Shown here: piece by piece, positions 47,095 to 57,572 of the stretch | Numbering within the stretch: position 1 is the stretch's first letter | How the letters are laid out: every line of letters starts with the position of its first letter | Source of the DNA: a virus | Taxonomy: Duplodnaviria > Caudoviricetes | IMG/VR virus record: IMGVR_UViG_3300028591_000090 | Location: 64,001-128,000 of that record | Length of the DNA: 64,000 nucleotides | Strand: one strand, 5' to 3' | Notes under the pieces: model-generated | Told to the model about the DNA's origin: nothing | Databases searched by the model: none | Seen by the model: the letters and a program-made list of their open reading frames with translations, nothing else | Program-made: the position numbers and the translations under genes

Positions 47095-49362
47095 TTACAC
47101 GATTAAATTAGAATTATTACTTGCAACTATAAACATATTGTTTTTTATCTCTTCCAACAAAGCATTTGTTTGTTTAATGAAGGTTGCAAGACCAATAATA
47201 CCACTTGAATCACTATTATTTAACGGAATAGGAACAACTGTTGTTGTGTTTCCAGTTTCTTTTTCTCCTTCTTCTGTTGTTTCTTTTACCGGCTCTTCAA
47301 CTTTCGTTGTTTGTAGTGATAGACTCTGAATAGAATTCAATAATTCTTTTTGATTTACAGAAAAGACATCTATCAATTTATCTAATTTCTCCGTAATAGT
47401 TTCATTACTTCTATTATTAGAGATATTTGGCTCTATTGTTGTTTTATTTTCGGTTGTTTCAATAGGACGCAAGTCATTACTATATTTTTCTGATAATTTT
47501 GTCGAAATTTCGTTTTTATTTTGTATTTGTGTTAAATCTTTTACCTCTTCAAAGTTCTTTAACGCCTTTTTTAAGTCTTTTTTGTCTATCGTAGCATATG
47601 TTTCTATCAATTTAGACAAATTTTCCTTTGCATTATCAAAATTATAGTTATTAACTGTATTTAAAGAATCGGCAAGAGTTGTTATTGTTCCAGTAAAGTC
47701 CTTAACATTGGCATCTTTCAAATAATCAACGACATTGTTTATCGTCTTTTTAACACCTTTAATATCTGTTTTATCAATAGAAGACAAAGTATCTGTAATT
47801 GTCTTAAAATTAGATGAAAATTGGTCTATATTATTTGCTTCTGATATAGATTTGAATGCTTCTGTTAAAGATTTTGTTTTTGTAGAGAATATTTCTATAT
47901 TTTTATCTTTAACACCATTTAACGATTTAACAATATCATTGATAGAAGACTCCATTTTACGTAAATCCGACTTTTCAACGCTTGTTAAATTATTAACAAT
48001 AGTATTCATTTTGTCATTAAATGCGTTTGCTTCTTCTTTATCTGGCAATCGAGTAAAAGATGAATATAATTTATCTACTTTTTGATTAAATTCTCTTAAT
48101 TTACCAATTTCTACACTATCTAAAGAAGAAATCATTCTGTTTATATTCTTTCCTGCTTTAGAAAAATCACCTTTATTCATATCAGAAAGTGTTTCAACAA
48201 CATTATTGAAACTATCACTAAAATCACTTATCTTTTCTATGTTTTCTAAACTACCAAGATTATCACTTATTGTTGTAATATTATCGCCAAGTTGTTTTGT
48301 TGATTTTGTTATATCAACAAGTTCTGCGTTTATATCATTTGTATTTGATAAAGACTTAATAAGACGTTTAATCCCTTTCAAACCATCTTTCAAATCAATT
48401 TCTCCAACAGAAACAAAAGCATCATTAATATTTTTGAACTTCAAATCCAAATCTGCAATTCCTTTATCGTTAATAGAACTAAAAGAATTGATTGTTGCAT
48501 TCATTGATTTAGCAGATTCTTGCAATCCCTTATAATCTATACCTTTCATCATTTCAGAAAAAGTAGTAATACTATTTTCTGCATCAATGTTAAATACATC
48601 AAAGATATTTGTAAGATTATTCTTTGCTTTTTCTACTTTTTTCGGTGATATTTTATTTGTCGCTAAATCACTAAATGTTTTTGCTAATCCGTCTGCATTG
48701 ATTTGTTCTACCAGACTAGCAGCCTTATTTACAGTATCAATATTATTAAATTGTTCTTCTGTTATAGGTTTTATTTTCGATAAAGAACCAACTAAATCTG
48801 TTATATTTGTAGAAAAATCGGCAACAACTTTTGAGTTTATATCATCATTAAAGTTCTCCAAGAAATCAAAATTGAAATCTTTTAAATTCGCTAATCTTTC
48901 AAATATTTTTGGTATATTATCAAGTTCATCTACCTTTGTCGTTTTAATTGAATTAAGTACATCTAAATTATTTTGCAATCTTTTTAAGAATCTATCTAAC
49001 TTATTCATTTTACCGATATTCAAATCTTCTAATGACATAAAGGCATTGCCTAACATACCAATCTTGTCAGAGAAAAGTGAAATATCTTCTTCATTTATGA
49101 CATTCATATAAGACACAACTTCGGACATATCCTTTGTAGAATCTTTCAACGCCTTTGTTGTTTCTTCGTTTATATTTTCAAAAGATTGAACTTGATTATT
49201 ATTGTTTTCTCTTTCTTTTTGTTCGGCTAAAGTATCATTAATTCCCTCTAACAAAGAGACCATTCTTTGTTTATAACCGTCCGCATCAGAATTTAATATA
49301 GATTCTAATGAGTTATTAAGGAATAAATTTATATCTTCTAAAGATTCTTCTACCGATTGCAT
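47095..49362 (-). CDS. tape-measure-like helical repeat protein
   Basis: Repeated ~50-aa amphipathic helical units (F...F..I...L...DK.D); near tail chaperone-like genes. Confidence 0.5.
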   Translation of the reverse strand: MQSVEESLEDINLFLNNSLESILNSDADGYKQRMVSLLEGINDTLAEQKERENNNNQVQSFENINEETTKALKDSTKDMSEVVSYMNVINEEDISLFSDKIGMLGNAFMSLEDLNIGKMNKLDRFLKRLQNNLDVLNSIKTTKVDELDNIPKIFERLANLKDFNFDFLENFNDDINSKVVADFSTNITDLVGSLSKIKPITEEQFNNIDTVNKAASLVEQINADGLAKTFSDLATNKISPKKVEKAKNNLTNIFDVFNIDAENSITTFSEMMKGIDYKGLQESAKSMNATINSFSSINDKGIADLDLKFKNINDAFVSVGEIDLKDGLKGIKRLIKSLSNTNDINAELVDITKSTKQLGDNITTISDNLGSLENIEKISDFSDSFNNVVETLSDMNKGDFSKAGKNINRMISSLDSVEIGKLREFNQKVDKLYSSFTRLPDKEEANAFNDKMNTIVNNLTSVEKSDLRKMESSINDIVKSLNGVKDKNIEIFSTKTKSLTEAFKSISEANNIDQFSSNFKTITDTLSSIDKTDIKGVKKTINNVVDYLKDANVKDFTGTITTLADSLNTVNNYNFDNAKENLSKLIETYATIDKKDLKKALKNFEEVKDLTQIQNKNEISTKLSEKYSNDLRPIETTENKTTIEPNISNNRSNETITEKLDKLIDVFSVNQKELLNSIQSLSLQTTKVEEPVKETTEEGEKETGNTTTVVPIPLNNSDSSGIIGLATFIKQTNALLEEIKNNMFIVASNNSNLIV

Positions 49363-49396
49363 TTATATATAGTATTTTAATTATTTAGTTTTTTCT

Positions 49397-49948
49397 TTAT
49401 TCTATCTTTGGGTTGAGTCCAATCATTGACTCATTCCATTGAACCGTCTTAAAAACACCAGTTGCTTTATCTTTTGAAACAACACCGAACAAAGCATCTA
49501 TGTTTTTTGCATAATTACTAGCCGCCTTAAATTTTGCAATATTAACCAATGTAGTGTTATATGTTTTATAATAATTTTTCATTGCCTTTTCTGTTTTCTT
49601 CTTCGGCAATTGTGGGAATAAAGTATATTTTTGCGGTTTTATTTCAATAAGCCATTTAACAGTACCACCATACTTTGATTTTGTTTCCATAAAAACATCT
49701 ATATAATAAAAATGTTTTTTCTGGTCCAACGGACTGATATATTGCACTTTTACATTTTCTATTGAATAACGTATAACAGCATCACACCTATCTAACCATT
49801 TATAATATTCAAATTCCCAACCAGAACGGTAATATATCTGCTTTGTATCACCAATATACTTGTTTGTGTTTATTGGGTGAAACACTCCTTGATATGTTTG
49901 AGCATTTGGATTCGGCTTCAAAAAATCTTGTATACGTTCTCTTTCCAT
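49397..49948 (-). CDS. head-completion nuclease (T4 gp4/TnsA-like)
   Basis: F.P.N..KY.GD...I.YRSGWE, YYID, LIEIKP. Confidence 0.8.
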   Translation of the reverse strand: MERERIQDFLKPNPNAQTYQGVFHPINTNKYIGDTKQIYYRSGWEFEYYKWLDRCDAVIRYSIENVKVQYISPLDQKKHFYYIDVFMETKSKYGGTVKWLIEIKPQKYTLFPQLPKKKTEKAMKNYYKTYNTTLVNIAKFKAASNYAKNIDALFGVVSKDKATGVFKTVQWNESMIGLNPKIE

Positions 49949-49959
49949 TTTAACAAAAA

Positions 49960-49983
49960 GAGGGGTATTTTTTCCTACCCCTC
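49960..49983 (-). terminator. intrinsic terminator
   Basis: gaggggta...tacccctc stem followed by T run on the minus strand. Confidence 0.6.
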
Positions 49984-50187
49984 AAAATTATTTATGTCAT
50001 TTTCTTCTGTCTCTTTTTGTTTCTTTTTCAATTCTTCTTCTATCTCATTAATAATATCCTCTCTAACTTCAAGACGATAACAGAACTCATAATATGGCAT
50101 TTTATTTATATCTCCTAATGTTATGCCAGGATAATCATGCATTAGAATCATTTCCTTTCTAAATAAGGTCATCAAGTTCACCTGCAT
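49975..50187 (-). CDS. small tail/baseplate assembly chaperone-like protein
   Basis: I.LGDI.KMPYYE motif; overlaps the end of the upstream gene; start uncertain. Confidence 0.55.
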   Translation of the reverse strand: MQVNLMTLFRKEMILMHDYPGITLGDINKMPYYEFCYRLEVREDIINEIEEELKKKQKETEENDINNFEG

Positions 50188-51202
50188 ACGAGAAAAAATC
50201 TGCCACCGTGAATCCTCCCCGAAAAAAGAGTGGTCTCTCCAAGACCACACCACATTTAGGACATTTAGTCTTCACAGTAAACATATTAACACCGTCATTA
50301 AATTCTTTAATGAAACCATCAATAAAGAAGAATTTATTTCTACTCCAAGAAACAATATTACTTCTCATTTTATCAAAAGAAGATTCTCTTAATTTTCGCC
50401 AATCTCGAACAAAGAACGGCATCATCTTTGTCGCAAGTTTATCAACATCTATCCCCTCTGCTCTTAAATTCATTACATAATTTGTTAAAAACGTCAATGT
50501 ACCAAGAGTAGGAGCAAAAATATTTATATCTTCATTAAGTTTTTCAGAATGAATAGTAAAACATTTTTGTTCTGGATTATAATATTTCCAAATCTTTTCA
50601 CTTATACTAAATGATTCCATAAACATATCAGATACCAAAGGAATAGTACCCTTCCAACCACAAGTATCACTACAAACAAAAGGAATACCAAGTTGATTTG
50701 AACCGTCAGCAAAAGTTAATTCTCTAATTTTTGTCAATAGTGGAATACGGTCAAATTCAACCAAATCTTTCCAACTAAAATCTGTCTTTTGACGGCTTCT
50801 TGCTTGAAAACATCTTTCAAGTATCATGTTTAATTTTTCAGACACATCAAGTTTGTCTGATTTATCAATCGTGGACCATTGTTTCAATTCCATATTGTTT
50901 GCAGAACGAATAGATATTTCTATATCGCTTGGATAAAAATATCCTCTACTTGGAATCATATTCTTATCAATTACAACCCAACCAAATTCATTTGAAGCAC
51001 TTATATTAGACCCATCTTTAACAATTGGTTCTAATTCCCTCAACATAAGTTTTCCTTCTTCATTACGATAAGTCATACCATTGTCTTCGTATTGTATACT
51101 TGACTTTGGCTTCTCTTCTTCTTGTGTGAAATTTTCTGGGTTTTCCTTTTCGAGCATAGCCAATAATTCCTCTTGTGAGGAAGCAGTTGTTTTCTTTGCC
51201 AT
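50159..51202 (-). CDS. baseplate hub assembly protein/chaperone (T4 gp26-like)
   Basis: IPSRGYFY, DLVEFDR..LL.KIRELT, CxxxC, PTLG, terminal CPKCG..FF. Confidence 0.65.
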   Translation of the reverse strand: MAKKTTASSQEELLAMLEKENPENFTQEEEKPKSSIQYEDNGMTYRNEEGKLMLRELEPIVKDGSNISASNEFGWVVIDKNMIPSRGYFYPSDIEISIRSANNMELKQWSTIDKSDKLDVSEKLNMILERCFQARSRQKTDFSWKDLVEFDRIPLLTKIRELTFADGSNQLGIPFVCSDTCGWKGTIPLVSDMFMESFSISEKIWKYYNPEQKCFTIHSEKLNEDINIFAPTLGTLTFLTNYVMNLRAEGIDVDKLATKMMPFFVRDWRKLRESSFDKMRSNIVSWSRNKFFFIDGFIKEFNDGVNMFTVKTKCPKCGVVLERPLFFRGGFTVADFFSYAGELDDLI

Positions 51203-51233
51203 TATAAAAAATTATTTTTCTATTAAACGGATA

Positions 51234-51707
51234 TTAACCTAAAATTGTTTTAATAGAATCATCAAAATTTCTTTTTAATGATTCATACAATCCGTCGTTA
51301 TTGAATAAAGTCTCTGGGTATACTTCTGATACTGACATATCTTTGTCATCACGAACATAAACACGTATTCTCTTATTTTGATAATCTATACGATAGTCAG
51401 AAATTTTTCCTGTAATACTCATATTTTTATTTCCGTCTGGACTTATTCTTATAGCGTTTACACTATCGCCAACCTTAAATGTTTCTTGAAATTCAGTCAC
51501 CAACTCATCAAACATATCTATCTTGTTCGTTTCTGGTCTTGACATATCATGTAACGGCAAACTATATACCTTAAAAGCAGGGTTGAATGCGGCACAAGAT
51601 GCCGTTATACCCATACCAAAATCTCCAGTCCACGGAAAACCTTGATATGGATTTCTCATTGCTCTAAATATACGTTCTGGTTCTTGACCGATACGAAATG
51701 GTGACAT
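51234..51707 (-). CDS. hypothetical protein (SH3-like C-terminus)
   Basis: FKVGDSV...GKI pattern. Confidence 0.55.
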   Translation of the reverse strand: MSPFRIGQEPERIFRAMRNPYQGFPWTGDFGMGITASCAAFNPAFKVYSLPLHDMSRPETNKIDMFDELVTEFQETFKVGDSVNAIRISPDGNKNMSITGKISDYRIDYQNKRIRVYVRDDKDMSVSEVYPETLFNNDGLYESLKRNFDDSIKTILG

Positions 51708-51713
51708 ATATCA

Positions 51714-52052
51714 TTAAATATTTTTTAACGGAAAATCAATAGGCATAACTGCTGTTTGATATGCAAGAATTTTTAATTCTCCATCCCAAGTTAGTTTACC
51801 TATTGCAATTTCATACTCTTTTCCCTCGGTAAATGCACTTGATGGAATATCTATTGCTTTATTTTCATCATCGACATCAACTGCATTAGTCCACAATTTA
51901 ATATTTTTGGCTTTATTTTCCATTACCAAAAATTTAGTAATCCAATAATTATTATAACCTTTTAGGTCTTTGTCAAATACTGGTTTGTAAGACTTCCCAT
52001 TTTCTATCACTTCTAATCTGTACGCTGCCATACTACTATTTTTTTTTAACAA
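51714..52052 (-). CDS. hypothetical protein
   Basis: 112-aa ORF; start uncertain. Confidence 0.5.
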   Translation of the reverse strand: MLKKNSSMAAYRLEVIENGKSYKPVFDKDLKGYNNYWITKFLVMENKAKNIKLWTNAVDVDDENKAIDIPSSAFTEGKEYEIAIGKLTWDGELKILAYQTAVMPIDFPLKNI

Positions 52053-52588
52053 CCACTCGGAATATATTCCGAATTTAATCCAACACCATCTTTGTGAATT
52101 ATCGGTAATAATACGCTAACATTCACAAAATAGTTATTGTTGTTTATAATCTCTAATTTATTTATTAAATGACTATGATCTGTTGTAACTGGATTACTCA
52201 ATAATGTAAAGAAAAGATAAAAAGGAATATCAAATGTTACACCTTCATTATTAGTAATACGTGCAATAACATTTAAATCTTCATCAAATACTTCTACACC
52301 AGCGTCATCAACGCTTGGATAACTTACATATAATATCCAACCTCTTGTCTGCATTGCTACTGTATCATCTGGACTAATATCAAACTTGTTATCAAAAACA
52401 ACTAAAGAACTATGGCTTGGAATAACCTCTTGTGCTCTTTTATAACTATCAACAGGAGAAACAAGTCCCTTAAAACAGCATAATTCAGCAAGAATATCAG
52501 CACCTCTAACTATAGAAAAACAACCCTCTATAAGTCTTAAATTAAGTGTTCCGTCTAATGCGTCACAAATATGTTGAATATCGTACAT
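52046..52588 (-). CDS. putative structural protein
   Basis: TAAATAA upstream; beta-rich. Confidence 0.5.
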   Translation of the reverse strand: MYDIQHICDALDGTLNLRLIEGCFSIVRGADILAELCCFKGLVSPVDSYKRAQEVIPSHSSLVVFDNKFDISPDDTVAMQTRGWILYVSYPSVDDAGVEVFDEDLNVIARITNNEGVTFDIPFYLFFTLLSNPVTTDHSHLINKLEIINNNNYFVNVSVLLPIIHKDGVGLNSEYIPSGC

Positions 52589-52624
52589 TATAAATATATC
52601 TTTTCTTTTATTTTATTTAGTAAA

Positions 52625-52654
52625 AAAAAGCGAAACCATTTTTGGCTTCGCTTT
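52625..52654 (-). terminator. intrinsic terminator
   Basis: aaagcgaa.cca...tgg.ttcgcttt stem. Confidence 0.65.
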
Positions 52655-52665
52655 ATTGTGGTGAA

Positions 52666-53616
52666 CTAAAAAAATGTTTTTCTCGAAATATCAAATCCTT
52701 GTGGTTTCTTTTTAACCTTTTTAACTTCTTGTGTGTTGTCTTTGTTTTTAATACTGTTGTCTATAAACTGTTCTTCATTTAATTCAAAATCATTATTACT
52801 GTCGTCTACATTTATTTGTTCACCTTCATTATTTATTTCACTTTTTGTATTAAATTTTGCAACGTCTTCTTGAATCTGTTCTAAATCATCTTCTATCGGT
52901 TTTTCATCTTTAGCCAATGTTTCTTCTAAATACTCATCTGGAAATTCTTCCTTTTCTTCGTATTCTTCGTGTTCTGTACCATCACTCATATTTTCATATG
53001 CATTCTTAAACCAATCAGATTCTGTAACTTTTTTATATCTTTCTTTAAAATCTTCTTTCGGTTTCTCTTCTTTGGTATAATACGATAAATCAGTTCTTTT
53101 TACATCATCGCTATAATCTTTATTTTTCATTAACATTGGATTCTCGCCCTCATATTCTTCTTCTTTTCTTTTTCCTTTTTTAGATTTCAAATAATCAACT
53201 AAACATTTAATATATCCAAGTGCAACAATAGGTAATATAGCACCAGATATGATTGCAAGATAACGCTTCTGTTCTATTACACTTAAATCATTTAATGCAA
53301 ACAATTCCGACCAATCAGAATATTCTGCAAGGTTGTGATAAGCATAATAAGTATTACCCATCATTTGAAATAACGTCAATATGATAAACAATGACCACAC
53401 AATAAACTTGTTCATTGCATCTTGAGTTACAACGGTTGCAAGCGAAGCAGCCGCACCAAGTTCAAAAGCAACAGCAAGTGATATTGCTAATATTTCAACG
53501 GGATTACTTAATTGGAAAAACTCTACTGTATGTATCATTGATATTATAGATACAAACAGATACAAAAGCGTAAAAGTACCAATTATAAACCAATTTGTTA
53601 ATTTACTCTTATTCAT
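52666..53616 (-). CDS. membrane protein (4 TM) with long acidic tail
   Basis: Four hydrophobic segments in the first 145 aa. Confidence 0.7.
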   Translation of the reverse strand: MNKSKLTNWFIIGTFTLLYLFVSIISMIHTVEFFQLSNPVEILAISLAVAFELGAAASLATVVTQDAMNKFIVWSLFIILTLFQMMGNTYYAYHNLAEYSDWSELFALNDLSVIEQKRYLAIISGAILPIVALGYIKCLVDYLKSKKGKRKEEEYEGENPMLMKNKDYSDDVKRTDLSYYTKEEKPKEDFKERYKKVTESDWFKNAYENMSDGTEHEEYEEKEEFPDEYLEETLAKDEKPIEDDLEQIQEDVAKFNTKSEINNEGEQINVDDSNNDFELNEEQFIDNSIKNKDNTQEVKKVKKKPQGFDISRKTFF

Positions 53617-53933
53617 TATTTCTTCATTATTTTTGTTAATACACTATCTTTTTGTATTTGTTCTAATGTACGTGGAGAATTAACAGCAGTATTCAAGTAT
53701 AACTGCATAACATCTTCACCGTCAATTTGATTATCTTTCAAAAACTTCAATTCTGTATTCGCTTTTTCTAAATCTTTATAAAGCAAATTAATTGAATCCT
53801 TTGCCTCTGATAATTCAACTTTTATCTTTTGTGTATTCTTTTTTGCTGTACAAGAGTTACACATACTCAAAAAAGAACAACAAAATACAACTATTACACC
53901 AATAAAAATGTGTTTAATCTCTATCTTTTCCAT
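53616..53933 (-). CDS. N-terminally anchored coiled-coil protein / possible lipoprotein
   Basis: Hydrophobic N-terminus with Cys, then coiled coil. Confidence 0.55.
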   Translation of the reverse strand: MEKIEIKHIFIGVIVVFCCSFLSMCNSCTAKKNTQKIKVELSEAKDSINLLYKDLEKANTELKFLKDNQIDGEDVMQLYLNTAVNSPRTLEQIQKDSVLTKIMKK

Positions 53934-53942
53934 TCTTAAAAA

Positions 53943-54434
53943 TTATTTATATATAAAAAACAATGTAAGCAACACAATAGATAACACATATATAAAAAGA
54001 TATATTGTGTTTCTTCTATTTATCTTTCTAAAAAGGAAATCACACGTAACACCATACGCATAATAATCTTTCGTCAAGATTCTTTCATATTTAAACTTGG
54101 TTATATCATACAATTCATAAGGAACAAGTTCATTCTGTACGTTTAATACTTCTCTCGATAAAGAACCTCTTTCATATTCATCTAACGAAGTCTTATCCAA
54201 AGAAATAAGATTCTCTGGCATTAAATTAACAGCAAAAGCAAGTCTTTTTCCACCATTTACAATATTCCAATTCTTTCTCTTTGCTAATCCGTCTTCGTCT
54301 ATTTTTCTTATCTGATTACGAAAAAATACAAGATTTTCAAACTCTTTCATATAATCAAATATCATCTTGAAAAAATATGATGGCAACAAATACTTTACTA
54401 TGCCGAATTTTGAGTGATATTTTTCTAATGTCAT
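53943..54434 (-). CDS. hypothetical protein with C-terminal TM
   Basis: Hydrophobic C-terminus. Confidence 0.55.
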   Translation of the reverse strand: MTLEKYHSKFGIVKYLLPSYFFKMIFDYMKEFENLVFFRNQIRKIDEDGLAKRKNWNIVNGGKRLAFAVNLMPENLISLDKTSLDEYERGSLSREVLNVQNELVPYELYDITKFKYERILTKDYYAYGVTCDFLFRKINRRNTIYLFIYVLSIVLLTLFFIYK

Positions 54435-54464
54435 TATTTTATATTTTTTTTTACAATACGTATT

Positions 54465-56432
54465 TTACTGCATATCCATTACCTCATTCAAATCAAATTT
54501 TGCCCCAGTACCGTTTCGTTCTTGATTTGCCTCAATTACATCGTGTTGAACAATTCTTCTATATTCAGTAAATGCACTATCTCTTTCTAATTTATCCCAA
54601 TAATCCCAACCAATTTCTTTGTATTGTGGCGAACCGATAAAAACATTTGCATGAATACAACTCAAAGCAATATCATCGTGACCTGTTTGACAACGATAAA
54701 TTGTACGACCTTCATTAGAACCAAAGTTAGATAATTCTGCAAAGGTAATCTCACTCGTTGTTATTACCTTATCAATAGAAACATTTTGTTGGAAACTTTC
54801 ACAATATTTAACCTTCATTTTATTTGAAGATAAATTTGTTCCTGGTTCATAATATAAATCATCTTCTTTTTCCTTATTAAATATTATCATACCAGTCCAA
54901 TAATTTGCATTCCTCAATAATTTATCCCTTACAACAATACCTTGATTATTCAACTCAATACCAATCCTTACGTTTTCGTAATTAAACAAATCAAAAACAA
55001 TAGTATTAACGACATCGCTAAAAGTTTCTATGTTTATCGAATTACACCTAAACATACCAATCTGAATAAGAGAAAAGACATCTATCTCTTCCTCTATATT
55101 GTTCTTATTCATTAACACTCTATTAAGAGGCATTGGTGCAACCTTAAATATATTACATACATGATAATCTTTTCCAACACCTTTCGAGGTATCTATTCCA
55201 AAAACATAATAATTATCGTCTTTCTTTAAATCATCTATATCAGAAGTAAAATTATGTTTCAAAAATATTGGATGCCACGTTAAAAATTGTGAAAAATCTG
55301 TTTTTACTTTATGAATTTCTCCTTTTTTGAAATATGTCTTATCTATATTCATACAAGGTATCGCCCTTGAAACAAATTTTGTCTTTATATTATACAATTT
55401 CTTTATATCAGAAGAGTTTAATAACAAATTGTCACCCTTAAAAAACTGTAAACCATATTCTTGATTAAAGTCTTCTACAGAACCAAGGTCTGCAATTGTC
55501 TTCTGCTTCCACTCTTCATCTCTACCTTTTACTTGCCACCAATCAACTCTCAAAGGATAGAAATTAGAATCTCCCTCTCTTTCAACAGCATCTATTGCAC
55601 TATTCCATAAGGTATTAAATTTATTCATACCATTTGGTGTTGAAGTAATGATAATTCTACTACCTGGTGTACCAGAAATTGTAGGATATGTTGAACGCCA
55701 AAAGTCATCAATAAAGTTTGCAGAAATATGTGCAAACTCATCCATATATAACAAGTCAATACTCAAACCGATAGCAGATTTCTTTGTTGTTGAACGACCA
55801 ATTATACGACAACCATTATCCAATTTCATTGATTGTACGTTGTTAATCAATATACCCGGCTTCATAAAGAACGGTAAATTGTTCATAATCTGCTTTACCT
55901 TATCAATAATTTCTTTTGTCGTATCCAAAATATCACCCAACATCAATACGTTCTTTTCCTTATGGAACAATACAAACCATAAAATAAAGATTGCAGAAGT
56001 TGTTGTATTATGTGATAAAACATCCCCTGTATAATAAGAATGCTCACCACTATCAACACTTATATCATACATATAAAACTTATATGGATGTCTTACAACC
56101 TCAAGAACAACTTTTGGCTTATCCTTACCATATAAAACTTGACCATATACTAAATCTTTAGCATATACCGTCCTTAAATTTATATCAAAAAATAAATGAT
56201 TGTCTGCACACTCTATCGACGTTCCATCTGAAAATTTTACCTCATATACTTGATATGGCTTCGTTATATACAAATCTGTTGCTTTATGATAACCATCTCG
56301 TGATAAAACCTCTACATCTTCAAGACTTTCATGATACACAAACTTATTATCCATAATAACAGCATTACGAAACATTAAATATTCCGTAAACTGTATCAAA
56401 TATCCTATTATGGTCTTTAATATTTGCTTCAT
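54465..56432 (-). CDS. terL: terminase large subunit, C-terminal part, with split-intein C fragment (aa 1-142)
   Basis: Intein block B CADNH and blocks F/G MYDISV...VLSHN|T; then Walker B YMDEFAH, ITSTPNG, FNQEY, nuclease GIDTSKG..KDY, HDD. Confidence 0.92.
   Translation of the reverse strand: MKQILKTIIGYLIQFTEYLMFRNAVIMDNKFVYHESLEDVEVLSRDGYHKATDLYITKPYQVYEVKFSDGTSIECADNHLFFDINLRTVYAKDLVYGQVLYGKDKPKVVLEVVRHPYKFYMYDISVDSGEHSYYTGDVLSHNTTTSAIFILWFVLFHKEKNVLMLGDILDTTKEIIDKVKQIMNNLPFFMKPGILINNVQSMKLDNGCRIIGRSTTKKSAIGLSIDLLYMDEFAHISANFIDDFWRSTYPTISGTPGSRIIITSTPNGMNKFNTLWNSAIDAVEREGDSNFYPLRVDWWQVKGRDEEWKQKTIADLGSVEDFNQEYGLQFFKGDNLLLNSSDIKKLYNIKTKFVSRAIPCMNIDKTYFKKGEIHKVKTDFSQFLTWHPIFLKHNFTSDIDDLKKDDNYYVFGIDTSKGVGKDYHVCNIFKVAPMPLNRVLMNKNNIEEEIDVFSLIQIGMFRCNSINIETFSDVVNTIVFDLFNYENVRIGIELNNQGIVVRDKLLRNANYWTGMIIFNKEKEDDLYYEPGTNLSSNKMKVKYCESFQQNVSIDKVITTSEITFAELSNFGSNEGRTIYRCQTGHDDIALSCIHANVFIGSPQYKEIGWDYWDKLERDSAFTEYRRIVQHDVIEANQERNGTGAKFDLNEVMDMQ
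56007..56432 (-). mobile_element. split intein, C fragment (142 aa)
   Basis: Ends HN followed by Thr+1 (codon 56006-56004). Confidence 0.88.
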
Positions 56433-57571
56433 TTCTCTAAAAACTCTTTACACTCTGCTATAACAGATTCTTTGTTTTTTTTATAATCATTTTCCCATAC
56501 AACCAATACATCAAAACCTAATGACTCTGCATATTGTTTCTTTTTCTTGTCGTATGCCCACCTTTCTTCTGCTTTCATTTTATTATTTGAAAAAGAATCT
56601 TTATCTTTAAAAGTTTCTGGATTATAATGCCAAAAATCTCCATTAAATTCTATTATCTTATTTTTATAACAAAAATCATAAGCATAACATCTACTTTCTA
56701 TATTATCAAAGACAAAAAATTGTCTATTACCAACACAAGAAAAACAATTTTTTGATTCTATTTTTGTTTCATTTAATAAATTTGATATAAACTCTTTTTC
56801 TAAATTAGAAGAAAAACCATCTTGTTTTTTGGGTATTTTTGAGAATAATCCTTGTTTATACATTCCTTCTACTTTTTCAGACCATTTTCTTTGCCTTTCA
56901 TAAAAACGTCTTTCTCCTTCTTCTTTACCATATTTTTCTATACATTTATCTAATGTAAATGTTCTTTGTCTTTCTGATAATGCTTCTTTTGCGTCTTCTT
57001 CTGACATTCCCTGATTTAAATAATATTCTATTTGTGTTGGACCAATCCTATCTTTTAATGATTCTTTTGCAAATTCATGAACTTTATTCTCTGCTTCCTC
57101 TTCGCTATATCCCCTTTTTATATAAAAATATTTAGAAAAAGGTGAATTTTCTTTCAATTCTTGCTCCGTATGTTTTGATTTGTGCATTGGATTCTTTTCT
57201 CCTTTAAACTTTTCTGAAAACATTTTCTTATACTTTTCATTTTTCATATGTTTTCCAGAATTTTTACTTGTATTTTTATAATCGTTTTCACAATACAAAG
57301 GAGCCTCTGGAAATTCTTTCTTATACTCATCAAGAGTTCTGTCTGGGTGCATATTTCTCATCCAAACACCATAAATTCTTGGAGTAACTAATCCATTCCA
57401 TCTATCAACAACATAATCAACCCCTTCTACACCTTTTCTTAACTCTTCTTGTTTCTGCTTAAAAAGATATTCCTCTCTACAAGACGGTTTACAATATAGT
57501 TGAGTTTTACATTTTTGTTCAAATTCTTTTCCGCAATTTGGACAAATAATTATTTTATGTTCTGCCTTCAT
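56429..57571 (-). CDS. free-standing homing endonuclease, Vsr/DUF559-like, with zinc finger and NUMOD-like DNA-binding repeats
   Basis: CPNC..YCKPSC, KGEKNPMH, repeated Y..GxSEExA; YDF..KIIEFNGDFWH...D..K...GF..VVWE.D. Confidence 0.8.
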   Translation of the reverse strand: MKAEHKIIICPNCGKEFEQKCKTQLYCKPSCREEYLFKQKQEELRKGVEGVDYVVDRWNGLVTPRIYGVWMRNMHPDRTLDEYKKEFPEAPLYCENDYKNTSKNSGKHMKNEKYKKMFSEKFKGEKNPMHKSKHTEQELKENSPFSKYFYIKRGYSEEEAENKVHEFAKESLKDRIGPTQIEYYLNQGMSEEDAKEALSERQRTFTLDKCIEKYGKEEGERRFYERQRKWSEKVEGMYKQGLFSKIPKKQDGFSSNLEKEFISNLLNETKIESKNCFSCVGNRQFFVFDNIESRCYAYDFCYKNKIIEFNGDFWHYNPETFKDKDSFSNNKMKAEERWAYDKKKKQYAESLGFDVLVVWENDYKKNKESVIAECKEFLEK

Positions 57572-57572
57572 A

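Noticed and set aside
50159-50200. Canonical -1 frameshift at T TTT TTC
   Set aside because: The -1 frame hits TGA within a few codons; the downstream ORF is in the +1 frame
56429-57572. Group I intron interrupting terL
   Set aside because: No non-coding space for a ribozyme core (1-nt gap and ATGA overlap), and intein motifs explain the split
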